A stretch of 58,154 bases of DNA, filler included, from Basidiobolus ranarum (Eukaryota), in NCBI GenBank assembly GCA_040143965.1. It is 2 parts of 2 records of this genome, joined end to end, with 100 filler letters (N's around TTAATTAATTAA, not from the genome) between each part and the next. Parts side by side here need not be neighbours in the genome. Positions count along the whole stretch, not along the records: positions 1 to 29,054 come from JASJQH010006983.1; positions 29,155 to 58,154 come from JASJQH010006984.1. One strand, written 5' to 3'. The notes beneath the pieces were generated by a model, which saw nothing but the letters and a program-made list of their open reading frames with translations, did no database searches and was not told the origin of the DNA. This document shows, one piece after another, positions 23,101 through 34,897 of the stretch. The number at the start of each line of letters is the position of its first letter. Position 1 is the stretch's first letter. A program made the translations under genes and the position numbers.

Positions 23101-26100
23101 TGGATGAAACCCCTTTGGATCTCGAAAGTAGAAATCAAATGTTTATCAGCCATTTGAAGAGACATTTGACCTCTTCTCGCTCAAGCTTTACACCTATATT
23201 TCAATCAACGAATGGTGAATACTGCTCAGAAAGTCAAAATCTTAGGCCTTATATTCTACCCATAGTTGGGGCTCTTCATGAGGCTTTCGTGTAATGCTTC
23301 TTGAATAGTTGATGTTCATAAAACCTTGTTGTTAATCTCTTCAACTTTTCCACTAGCAAATTGAATTCTGCCGAGAACGGACCCGGGTATCAAGAGTTTC
23401 TCGAATTATATTCGTTTGTTTTCAACAAATACCGAGATACTTTGAAGAATGCTGACAAAAAGATATTTGGTGCTTATTTGGACTCAAGTTGGCCCGACAT
23501 TGAGACAAATATTCGTGTTTTCGAAAAGTTTATTTGTTCGAATAGATGGGCAGATTTCTTTGATCAACATCTTTTCCCTGCAGTCAAGAGTATAGAAGAG
23601 CAACAACTTGAATGGTTTACCAAAAGTGCGATCCTTTTTTCCAAAGAAGTTAAAACCTTTCTCCGCCGCCTACGGAAAGAAGATATCAACCAAGTTCAGT
23701 GCGAACAAGCTCTCAGTCAATCTGTTGGAGATGTCATTAAAAGCTATCGTGAAGAAGAGATGGATCGGTTGAATTCTTTGGTTGTCGAGAGAAAGCAACT
23801 ACAAAGCCGTTTGATGTGGCAGTGGCTAGTCAAACTTCAAGAACTCACCCACGAACGTGAATCTTGGTTCGAAGGTAACGGGACTCAAACCCGATGGAAA
23901 TTGGATAAGATTGAAAATTATTCCAGAATGAGGAAAAAGCTCACGATCAACTACGACTTTGATGACCATAAAGATGCCAGCGCTAAACGAGATAAGTCTC
24001 GCCTGGAGACTTCTAATTTCCGAAACAAGCGATTTAGTCTGAGCAAAGCACGATCCAATCCACCTGATCTTGGTGTTGATGAGACACTTCTCAAGTTGTT
24101 ATTTAGTTCAGATCAACAAAACCAGGAAGAGGCTGATGAAGAAGAGTGGAACATGATTGATGAGGATCTTCAGATCACTACCGATGATCAGTCAGAAAGA
24201 AACATATGCTCCGTTGAATGTGAAATGATCACTCTTTTAACTGTGATTAAAGGCCACCTCGAGCTTAACACTGGCCAGATCCGATTTATCGTAGATCGTG
24301 CCTTTATGCTAGAACAAATCGCAGATCCCCAAACAGCACAGGTGTTAGATAACGACATATGGCGAGATCGCCTTTGGCCAGTATCGGACCTTCGAGAGAT
24401 CTACTTTCGGAAGTATATGCTAAGGAAGACTGCATTGGAGCTGTTCATGATGGATCAAACCAATTACTTTTTCAACTTTCCCGTTGCTAAAGAACGCCTT
24501 CGTTTCTATTCCTGTATTATGTCGTTGAAGCCAGCCGCACTGATTAATTCCTTCGTACGCTCACCATCTCACATGCTGAAAAATAGTAATTTAACTGAAA
24601 GATGGCAACGACGTGAGATTTCAAACTTCGATTATTTGATGCAGTTAAACAGTATAGCCGGCAGAACCTACAATGATCTAACCCAGTACTTCGTCTTCCC
24701 CTGGGTTCTTGTTGATTATGAATCAGAGAAATTGGACTTGACAAACCCGAAAATATATAGAGATTTCTCCAAGCCTGTGGGGGCGTTGAATGAAACTCGC
24801 TTGCAGCAATTCATTGAGCGGTATAACTACTTCGATGATCCATGTATACCGAAGTTTCATTACGGCACTCATTACTCAAGCGCTGCCTCTGTCGCATATT
24901 ACTTGCTTCGCTTAGAACCTTTCACTTCGATTCATCTTGCTTTGCAAGGAGGAAAATTCGATCACGCAGATCGCCAATTCCATTCGATTCAAGAGTGTTG
25001 GTTCAACTGTACTAATGCTAGTGGTGATGTAAAGGAATTAATTCCCGAGTTCTTTTATATGCCGGAATTCTTGGTGAATATCAACAACTTTGATCTTGGT
25101 GTTAAACAGACAGGAACTCGTGTAGATGATATTGTACTCCCAAAATGGGCAAAGTCCCCCGAAGAATTTGTCCGTATTCATAGAGAAGCTCTAGAATCTG
25201 ACCATGTTTCTGAGAATATTCACAAATGGATTGGTAATCAACTTTATATCTTATTTGTATACATTTCCATATCCCACTTGAGATTAACTAATGATCTATT
25301 AGACTTGATATTTGGCTATAAGCAAAGAGGAGAAGAAGCTGCGAAGGCACATAATCTATTTTATTACCTCACGTATGAAGGAGCCGTCAATCTCGATAAT
25401 GTACAAGATCCAATGGAACGTAAAGCCATTGAGTCTCAGATCTATCATTTCGGACAAACTCCGACTCAACTCTTTACTCGCGAACACCCTGTACGCTTCC
25501 CGAGAGCGGCTCGTTACATTCCCAGAACAATCTTCACATCTCCTGATAAGCACAAAAAATACATGGTCAATTTAAGATCTAAACGCATTTCATACATTGC
25601 TGTTTGTTGCAATCTCCATACATCATTATCGCTAGACCACCAATACCAAGTAGTTACTATCGACCAAGATGGAATCATCAGTGCTCACGTTTACAAGGAG
25701 ACATCTTCATCGAATATGCCCTTTTCTTTGGAAATAGACCCGATGTTAGAGTCTGGAAGACGCATCTCCTCTCCCTTTGGCTTTGAAGCCAATATCACAC
25801 CTCGCTGTTTCGGGTGTAGTAACGATGGACAGTATATATTTAGTGGAGGACATTGGGATAACACTTTCAAAGTAGTGTTAGTGGAATCCGGTAAAATAAT
25901 ACGAAGTGTTACCGGCCATGATGATATTGTTACTTGCCTTGCGCTTAGTGAAGATGGAAAAATCCTAGTTACAGGGTCAAGAAGCACTACTTTACTATCT
26001 TGGAATATTGAATTTGATTCAAATGGAACCTTCATCAAAGATGTCGTTCCCAAACTATCGTATTACGGACATAACAATGAGGTATATCATCTAAGATAAT

Positions 26101-26807
26101 CGATATATCTTTGCCAAAAGTAACTCATCTTTCTCGATTCTAGGTTATATGCGTTGCTGCCAATGTCGAATACGATATCCTTATCAGTGGATCGAAGGTA
26201 TGTATACATGGAGTTGACATCTACTGCTGACAACCCGTTAATTGAGTATTCTATTAGGATGGAACCTGCGTGGTCCATTCCTTACGGCAAGGTCATTATA
26301 TTCGAACACTCTGTCCAGTTCATGATGTTGATGCTTCCGTAAATGTCGTTCGTATCTCGAAGCAAGGAAATATCTTGATATACTCCGAAAGTCAGGTACA
26401 GAGTTGCCATCAGTATGTAAGAATCTGCTCGATAATTAACGTTTGTTTGTAGGAGTCCGCTTCACTTCATGTCTTCAACATAAATGGGAGACTCCTCAAG
26501 TCGCTGGTTCTCTTGGGACATCTGAATGACATGATTTTCTCCAAAGAGGGTGATTACCTGATTGCTGCAGATTGTCATGCCAATGTACTAATCTACAGGA
26601 CTTACGAGTATGTATTATGTGTTACGGGAAATCATCATTTATGTGTACTGATACTAATGGCCATTTACTTTGAATCTCAGCCTTAAATTGCACTGTACAT
26701 TTGAGACACCAATTCCAGCTTACTGCATTTCCTTTTCGAAAAGTCAGCACCAGATGTTCTTAGGCGGTGATGATGGCAAGTTGATTGTATTATCAATGAA
26801 TTTATAA
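17129..26807 (+). CDS. Neurobeachin-like (NBEAL/LvsC-type) protein: ARM-like repeats, ConA/LamG-like domain, PH-BEACH, WD40; about 10 exons
   Basis: GYTFFTWI...WHFIAISH...IYVDG (ConA-like); ALHALGGIEIFFPL; WKLDKIENYSRMRKKL; ISNFDYLMQLNSIAGRTYNDLTQYFVFPWVL; HYGTHYSS; DVKELIPEFFY; FGQTPTQLF; WD40 GHDDIVTCL. Terminal exons through the TAA at 26805-26807. Confidence 0.92.
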
Positions 26808-27281
26808 GCATGAATACCAGTTTATAGGAAATGTGTACAATAATAATATATATTGGTGACCTGATCTAGATTCTTTCATTATGATTTATATTCCGATTAC
26901 TGATTGATTTCGTAGCCTTTCGTTTTCTTCATTGTGTATATTACTAAGATGAATTTTTTGGCTTCTTTTATTTATTACCCACTTAGCATTCAGTCTACCC
27001 TTGAATAATAATTCTTTATCAGGATATATAAACATGCTCATGAAATCAATCGGTCTTTCGGATGAGATGGTAATGGTTCTGTGGTGGCTCTAGAAGTTGT
27101 GTAAGGAATTGCAGTTTTTATTGAAAATATGATAGCACAATACAATCCAATACCAAGGTTGATGAATACAAAAATTAGGGACTAATACGAAATGAATGCA
27201 ATATATATATGTTACATAATTACTCCCCTTGTTCAATATGGCTGGTTAAATGCCACATGGTAGAAGGATGTAGAATGTGTA

Positions 27282-27842
27282 TTAGATAAGTTTTTGCGCG
27301 GTTGTATGGATGTCCGACTGGCCAAGAGAGTTGACTGTGTCCGATTGAAACGAACGAATGGCTTCTGTTGCATGGTGGAAATCTTCAGCATCTAACCAAT
27401 CTGCCTTCAAAGGTTGTTTAGCAGCAGCTGGAGATCTCTGCTCGAATGGAATGGATGAACCGAAGCTATGAATGTTCAAGCCCACAGGGTTGTAAATGGT
27501 ATCTTGTAGGACTGAACGCATAGCCTCTTGAGCATAATCAACATCTTCTGAAGTACCCAACCAATCTCTGCGGATAACTGACTTTACTGGCTTCTCTTGT
27601 TGGCTTTCATAATTCCCAATCTTGTGAACGCTACGCTCACCCAAAGTACTGATAGTTTCTTCATTAACTGAACGGATGGCTTCTTGTACAAACGAATGAC
27701 TTTCATCGGCATCCATCCAATCCCTCTGATGTACCTGAACAGCTTGCTTCTGAACAGAGTACATGCGAACACCTTGGGACAAGGTTGTGCGGGCAGTCAT
27801 AGAAATGGCAAGTTTAGAAGAGGCGGCTTTGATCAAAGACAT
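27282..27842 (-). CDS. Uncharacterised 186-aa protein with mitochondrial-presequence-like N-terminus and three internal repeats
   Basis: N-terminus rich in S/T/A/R/K with no acidic residues, ending in VRMYS; three DW...EA(I/M)RS...H repeats; TATA-like element near 27910. Confidence 0.75.
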   Translation of the reverse strand: MSLIKAASSKLAISMTARTTLSQGVRMYSVQKQAVQVHQRDWMDADESHSFVQEAIRSVNEETISTLGERSVHKIGNYESQQEKPVKSVIRRDWLGTSEDVDYAQEAMRSVLQDTIYNPVGLNIHSFGSSIPFEQRSPAAAKQPLKADWLDAEDFHHATEAIRSFQSDTVNSLGQSDIHTTAQKLI

Positions 27843-28933
27843 GGTAAAGGTAAAAGGAGAGCTGATTGTAGTGTAATTGTTGACTAAAGTGAGAGTACGG
27901 GGCTCAGCGTTATATACTAGAGCTATATTTTGAATTTACGCCGAAATATCGGACTAGAAACTGGCAGGCTCGAATTGGATTCAAAGCACGCTATTCTCGG
28001 AAGAGCATGATACTCAAACTAAAAGTAGTACAAGCATATCAAATATACTAAGAGAATAGTTTAAACCTGCAGAGCATGAATATCAGAGCATTACCATCGC
28101 ACAATTATTCCATTCCATCCTGAGAATTGTGGTGGACACAGATCAACCAAAAGAGAATGAGATCTTTACACAAAGACACCAGTGGAGATTCTAGGGTCGA
28201 GTTACTTAGCCACAGATCTCGGTTTATTGATTGGAAATCAGTGGTGAAACCAGCAACGGGATCTAGAGAATCATTCACCGCCCCCTTAATATTGCTTATG
28301 CTATCGAAAATGCTACGTAGTCCGTTCAAAGATCTCACATGGATCCAATATCAGTGAAACCAACGCAATAAATACACGTGTTGGGTAGAACTCTGAGACA
28401 TGAATTTATTAAAAAAGAGAGAATGTGGTATTACAAATATGAAACACTGGGTTGTTCGCTCATTAAGTGACAAATTTCACAGTCCGAATATACCAATTGT
28501 ATCTGAAACTGTCACTTCCAAATACGCAAAAGTGATTAATGAACAGTCAGCTTCAGTAATTCAACTCGATCTAAGACATCGCACAAGCATAACAACAATA
28601 TTCACTTAACTAACCTGCATACCTATGAGTATCAATCAACGGAACACGTATTGATGGCCAGTAGTCTAAATAGTCATAACTCACATGCTGCGCTTGCTGG
28701 GATATGATTGGAAAGTTGAAAGTGGGATATCCAATCAAAGTCGAATTCGATATCTTTCGTTTCTGTACAATGTTCTTTCATGCTAGTCTGATCCAAAAGA
28801 TCTTTAATTAATTAAAACCTTTATCACCAGTGACTAATCAGCAGTAATTTGTCTACCCGGTGTGGATTAACGAAGGCGGCTAAAATTAGTCAGACAAAGC
28901 TAAGTTTAGTTCTAGACATGTAGAAGTATGGAA

Positions 28934-28997
28934 TGACTACCATGACCCATTTAGATTAGACTAACTGACTACCATGACCCATTTAGATTAGACTAAC
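28934..28997. repeat. Perfect 32-bp tandem duplication
   Basis: TGACTACCATGACCCATTTAGATTAGACTAAC x2. Confidence 0.9.
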
Positions 28998-29054
28998 AAT
29001 ACAAAATCATTGTACAGGCATAGTCCGTAGAGTATTCTCTACAAATACTTTCAG

Positions 29055-29154
29055 NNNNNNNNNNNNNNNNNNNNNNNNNNNNNNNNNNNNNNNNNNNNTT
29101 AATTAATTAANNNNNNNNNNNNNNNNNNNNNNNNNNNNNNNNNNNNNNNNNNNN
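29055..29154. other. Assembly gap with artificial spacer (N-run, TTAATTAATTAA, N-run)
   Basis: 100-nt block; the 12-mer places stops in all six frames, typical of contig-joining linkers. Confidence 0.95.
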
Positions 29155-29639
29155 AAGAATCTATATATCTGAGGACTTCTGATTGATGTAAATTTTCAAT
29201 AAAATTTCCTCTTGAGAATAGTGAGTGATATCTATTAAAGTATTTGGGAGCCTGTTGGAAGTAGTATGGAGAATTAGAGAAATTGGTGATTTTCACTTAT
29301 TGATTTATTGAGTATTGAGTTGACATTTATAGTTTTATTGTGTATGAGTTGACATTTATAGTTTTATTGTGTTTTGAGTTGACATATATAGTTTTGTCAA
29401 GATGTAAACAAAAAAAACATGTAGAATGTGTTAAAAAAGGTCCCAGGAACATGTGTTCAAAGTTTGGGGCTTCTAGCACAAGTTTGAAAAATCCATATAT
29501 CTGAGAACTTCTCAGTTGGTAAAGATATTTCAAGTAATTCCAATTGAGAATAATGAATAGTATCTTAGTGAATTATAAGATAACTAAGTACTAAGCTATA
29601 CATGACTATATAGGTGTTAAGGCAATGTTAATTTGAGCA
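29155..29639 (-). mobile_element. Copia-family LTR fragment (same family as 57090-57785)
   Basis: 29236-29639 aligns by eye with 57441-57785 (TTGGGAGCCTGTTGGAAGT, CTAGCACAAGTTTGAAAAA, CTGAGAACTTCT, ATGACTATATAGGTG). It contains an internal 29-30-bp triple repeat at 29316-29395. Confidence 0.8.
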
Positions 29640-30782
29640 CAAGAAATCAAAATTCAGCACTTTAGCATGGACTTAGCTATGTTTGAATGTCATATATAGT
29701 TGCCTATAGCAACTAAGAGAGCTAAAAATGTAAGCTCATAACTGACTTACTGCTAGTAATGTACATAAAATCACAAAGGAGTGGTCAAATCATTTCAGAA
29801 CAGAGACTGCTACTTAGACTCAGATTAGGCTGCATGGCAAATATCAAGTTGAATCATGGAGTGAATGCAGAGTTATTGTCATTTAAAAAATGCATGCAAA
29901 ATAGATGGATTAGTTATGATACTAGGCAAGACATCATGTCACCAGGATATTGGCCAGGGATGAAGAACATAAATAGCCATATAACTGTAACTCGGCTTAC
30001 ACAAATACCGACTGATCAAGCAGGAGATGTAAATAATTGGTATGAATTGGAAAATATCAAGAAGTATGTCTGTATGTGTGGAATAAGTAGTGTAAACGTT
30101 AAGTATAGGTAGTAAATAATCAGTTAACGCCAAGCACTTGCAATAATTAGTTAACGCCAAGCAGTGTTAATCACCAAGAAGACCAAACTCCAGATGTAGA
30201 CACAAAACTGAGAATATTAGAATTAACTGTTGAACAAAGCGTTCCATAGATTATCATGTTCAATTTTGTTTCAGTCCAATGATTATTGCCATTGTCAGCA
30301 TGTTAGGAGATTGAACCCTAGACAAAACCAGTTTGTATACCCATGTTTACATGGAACAGGGCGGAACAGAGACGGAATTTTTTTTCTTACAAACAATCAA
30401 ATACAACATGCTCCAACACTGTGAGTATTTGCTGATCATTACTTGGAAGGTTTATTTTTGGATGATGCAGGATAATGCATATATTTTACCCCTATATAAC
30501 TTGACACACCATCTTGTGATCGGAATTGAGTACATTTGAAGTGACACACGATATATATTTGTAGTCTGGAAATTCCTCAAATTTATTCTATGTACAATGT
30601 AACAGCCTATACCTGCTACTGAAACGGAATGTCTGATTGTTTCTCAAAAGGTCAAGTTATGCGGCTAGGGTGTATGGGCTATGGACTGGGTGATGGATAT
30701 AATGGAAAGATATTGACAAAGTTTCCTTTTCGGGTATAAATATCGATAATAGTGATGATGTTCGATGATTTTCCTTTCGTTT

Positions 30783-31559
30783 CTAGTGAATATTTTCGTT
30801 TTTCTGAAGATGGTGTTGTAGAAGCCCCAAAGGAACATCATCATCATCATCATCATCATTGGATTGTTCAAGATCCTGACTTGTGTCACGTTCTTTCTCA
30901 AAGCAAAAATAAGGTGGCGGTGGTGGCACATATTGTTGCTTAGAAGTGACGGGTAGAGGAGCTGGAACCACCTGTGGGCATGTTGCTTTACCTACCCGTC
31001 TCAAAAATGCCGCTCTTTCCATAACTCTACGCTCAATCAAAGAAGGATGAAGATTATCAACCAGCACAGAACTCTGCATCTTCGACATGGTTTGATGAAT
31101 CAAAAGAATTTCTACGATAGGACGCTCCCTGTATCTGCGTAACTTCTCTAAGCTCATTATATAAGTAGACTTGAGTGGGGAATATCTTGGTTGGGGTTCA
31201 ACCAAATTAGTATTCAATACTATGTGCAAAGGATCATCACCCATAGGCTGATCCTCTTCCTCCGTTTGTAGAGGTTGTTTTTCCACCAAAGTAGGTTCTT
31301 GTGGGCTTACATGGTTGGAAAAAAAGCCCAAGCTGGTGAATAATTGTTTGAAAGTATATGACTTGGATTCTTTGGGAATTGGAGGGGGGGCATTATTAGA
31401 GATAAGGGCGTCATTGTGATAAACTGGTATACTTGATACGTCAAGTCTGGTATCTTTTTCCAGCTCGTAAGTGCTTAGCGGCATGATGTCCGATAAGTAA
31501 GTATGCGGCGCTTTCTTAAAACTGAGAGTAGGTTGTGGCAATGTAATCTCGAAAGGCAT
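30783..31559 (-). CDS. Hypothetical 258-aa protein with a SERTA/Zds_C-like helix and an acidic DDDVPLG tail
   Basis: Intronless ORF, mostly disordered composition; YIMSLEKLRRYRERPIVEILLIHQTMSKMQ; DDDDDDDVPLGLL; (TA)n tract at about 31652-31664 upstream. Confidence 0.7.
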   Translation of the reverse strand: MPFEITLPQPTLSFKKAPHTYLSDIMPLSTYELEKDTRLDVSSIPVYHNDALISNNAPPPIPKESKSYTFKQLFTSLGFFSNHVSPQEPTLVEKQPLQTEEEDQPMGDDPLHIVLNTNLVEPQPRYSPLKSTYIMSLEKLRRYRERPIVEILLIHQTMSKMQSSVLVDNLHPSLIERRVMERAAFLRRVGKATCPQVVPAPLPVTSKQQYVPPPPPYFCFEKERDTSQDLEQSNDDDDDDDVPLGLLQHHLQKNENIH

Positions 31560-33187
31560 TACGGAACAGATGGTTTACAATTTCAATTCGAAAGGGCTAT
31601 TATGAATCCAAATGTTGAACTGTCACTATCGGGCGTGGTAGTCAATCTGCGATATATATATATATGTATACGCCTGTAGCAGATTGAATACGCGCTGAAC
31701 AAATTAGGGGTGAAGAGATATTTTGAATCTACTGTCTAGTCCATGAGGTACTTAATATAGTAATTCGCGTCTGGTACAAATCGATCCTCTTCTTTGGATT
31801 ATCTGGTGCATGGGTTGATTTTTTTCACATCCGCCAAGCTAGACGAAGAAAAGTCGAGATACTTCCCGGAAATCCAAAAGGATTATCTTAATACTGTATA
31901 TTAAAGTGTTCCATCTTTTTGAATGCAAAAGTTATTTTCGTTGAAGCGCTATTAAAAGCGGTAAGATTACAATTAGTGGGATTAAAAACACGTAGTGATA
32001 GAATCGATCTTAATAGAAAGGCATAGGAATGGGATTCGATTTTGAAGCGCACCATATTTGAACTATAATCTAATATTAGCGGATATTCTCAAATTGGGCG
32101 ATTTCATATAAATTATTCTTTTTCACCTTCTATCAAGTAGGGCCGACATCGGTGGCTGCTAATTATCGATGATAAGCCATAGGGTCATATGTACATTCAA
32201 TTTCATGCCACGAATTTTTGAATAAAGTTATGAAAGTAAGTTAAGTAGTATTCTAAGTTAATCAAATAAATCATCGTCCATGGTGATATACATTATTAAG
32301 CTCTTCTTAATTGTTATATGTAAAATCCACGCTGATTGTTCCCAAAGATGAACATAATTCTCGGCAGCCTGGAAGGTTGCAAGGTTACATCCCCAACTGC
32401 ATCTGACTTTCCCGAGAATTCAAGTTCCGCTAGATAATTGGTCATTGAAGCATGCACTACTATACCACAAGGCTTGGCTCAGTACTGTAAAAAAGATCAA
32501 CTTCAATTCGACTACATAATCGATACATATGTAGGTACCATAGACCTTCTATTATTAGAACGCATGAAGCAAAAATAACTTATAAGATAGAAAGTTACTA
32601 CAAATCACTCGATCGCTATCTCTTACTTTATCAGGGCTGTTCAAGTTACGCGGGTATAACGGAATTGGCATTTGCAGTTGTGATGTTCTCGGTACTTATT
32701 TATAGATCGCATAATATAAGCAGTGTCTATCGATCAACCAACAGTAATCCTCGATATCAGTAAAAATAAGCAGGCACTTAACTATGCTACAAGATATCAA
32801 TATCCTTTTTAAATTGTATTATCTAGACGATATTGAGGAAGTTGAGATTCCAAAATAAATCTCCAAATTTCTGAACGTTACTGAAGTATATTACCAACTT
32901 TCTGCATCATACATGAGGTGTTTACCTTTCTTAATTTCCAGTATCATACAATCATGTACAAATTATCTCAGCAACTTCAATTAAAATATGTTAACACTAT
33001 AAAATTCAGACAAAAAATACTGACTATGCCTTTATTAGCTATGCATAAATTGGAAGGAGTGTCATACTTTCAAGATATTTGCATATCAAATAGTCTGTGA
33101 TATAAGAAATGTTCAACATGTCCCTCATAAAACAGCCACAAAGTTATCTATGATTGGGTTTTGACAAAAAACGGAGTCATAGCTGAA

Positions 33188-33257
33188 AGATACTACCAAC
33201 ATAGTGATACAATATCATGGATAGATACTACTAACATAGTGATACAATATCATGGAT
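33188..33257. repeat. 35-bp tandem duplication (1 mismatch)
   Basis: AGATACTACYAACATAGTGATACAATATCATGGAT x2. Confidence 0.85.
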
Positions 33258-34290
33258 AAATGGCTGGAGGCTTATGAAGATTATCTACTTGGAGTGGGGC
33301 TTTGACCTGCATTCGTGAATACGGATTCTAGAGATTGTAGTATTATTATATCAGATGACAAACCCCAAGCTCAAATATCCAGAATATGTGAGATTGGGTT
33401 TATTGAACAAATGTTCCCCAGAAAGAGTGTTCGATATACTACATGACATATATATTATTTTATCCAACCTAGGGCTTAGAAACCGATTAGATATAACACG
33501 CTATAGAGATCAATTGATTATTTCGTTCGATTTATACAATAATCAAGAAGCTGTAACATGACTGAGTGGGTCATTATTATGGTATTCGATATCTTAGACA
33601 CTTGTTCTACGAGAAAAATAGAGTGGTTTCAACATAAACATATATGTGCTTGTAATAGCTCGTTTTTAATTCTATTCCTTCCAACCACTCCTTCTACACA
33701 ATAGCTCGTATTTAATATCAAACTTCTACGTGAGCCATTCTCCCCAAATGATTAGAACAACGGAACCAATTCCCGAACTTCATGTTACTCTAGATTCACA
33801 TTGCATCATACAGTTCCTATTTCTCTCTAGTTTTCTACCTTATGACAAGTACTCTCTTACTTAATTCAGAACTCACATCATATATGTTTCAAGCACAACG
33901 TAACAAACAGAGTTGGTACGGATTCATTTAACAACTCGGCTATTCTACCGAAAGAGTGATGTAACGAAAACGTTACGCCTATAGTGGTTCAAAGCTGACC
34001 TATCACTATCACCATCCTACCCTTCATCGCCGTAGTCAAAACTATACGCCTTTACCCATCTTAGTTCAGAACTACCATCCAAAGGCGACATCTGGCTATT
34101 TTTATAGATGTGTTACCTTCGTACAAATGCAAGCATTCTAAAAAGTCAGCAAAAAGAACTCAAGCAACTCACGGCACCTCATTAGGTACCTCATTAATTA
34201 CTCCCTTATGGAAATTACCACAATAAACATCAAGGCCTTCTAATATTACGTACACTGTATTTTTAACTCTGTTCCAATCCATATAGGGAA

Positions 34291-34350
34291 TGTCTAAGTA
34301 TATCCTTGATGTAATATAAGTTGTCTAAGTATAGTCTTGATGTAATGTAA
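34291..34350. repeat. Imperfect 31-bp tandem duplication
   Basis: TGTCTAAGTATA..CTTGATGTAAT.TAA x2. Confidence 0.7.
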
Positions 34351-34897
34351 ACTCTCCAATACACATTCGCCCACATTCATCCAAATATCTGGTTGATGTT
34401 TACCTTCATTAAACAACTCAGCTAATGGGCGAAACATTCAATGTCAAATCAACTTCATCATGCGGCGATTGTTTAGAGCCGCTGGATCACGTGTAGATGG
34501 CATGGTTTATTTAGTACCCCAAAATAGAGCTTCTTTCCATGGCCATTGGCTCTTTTCTAGATGGTTTAATAGTGACGATCTAATAGTAATATTTGATATG
34601 TAGGATAGGTATTCATTTTGAGGATCGGAATTCCTTGCATACCGTTTATAATAGAGCCCATGAGATGTTGTGAAATGTGGCAGCTGGGGTTTGATTAGTG
34701 AGTAAAAAGGGAAATGTATCTGGTGAATAGACTGACTAAAACAGAACTCCGTGTCACCAACTAAAACATTAATGGATCCCATTTCTTCTATAAAATCCTG
34801 CTCATTACTTCTATCCTCACATCAGTCACAGCATTCAGTTACTTTCAATTTTCCTCCGTTCTTCTTTGTGTTTTAAATTTGACTCTCCATATTCAAC

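Noticed and set aside
29759-30539. Short ORFs next to the LTR fragment
   Set aside because: No recognisable gag, pol or transposase motifs; possibly decayed repeat, but unsupported.
30752-30943. Poly-His and poly-Met ORFs
   Set aside because: Shadow frames of the poly-Asp microsatellite in the 30783-31559 gene.
33355-33561. 68-aa ORF in the long intergenic region
   Set aside because: No motif or splice context; length expected by chance.
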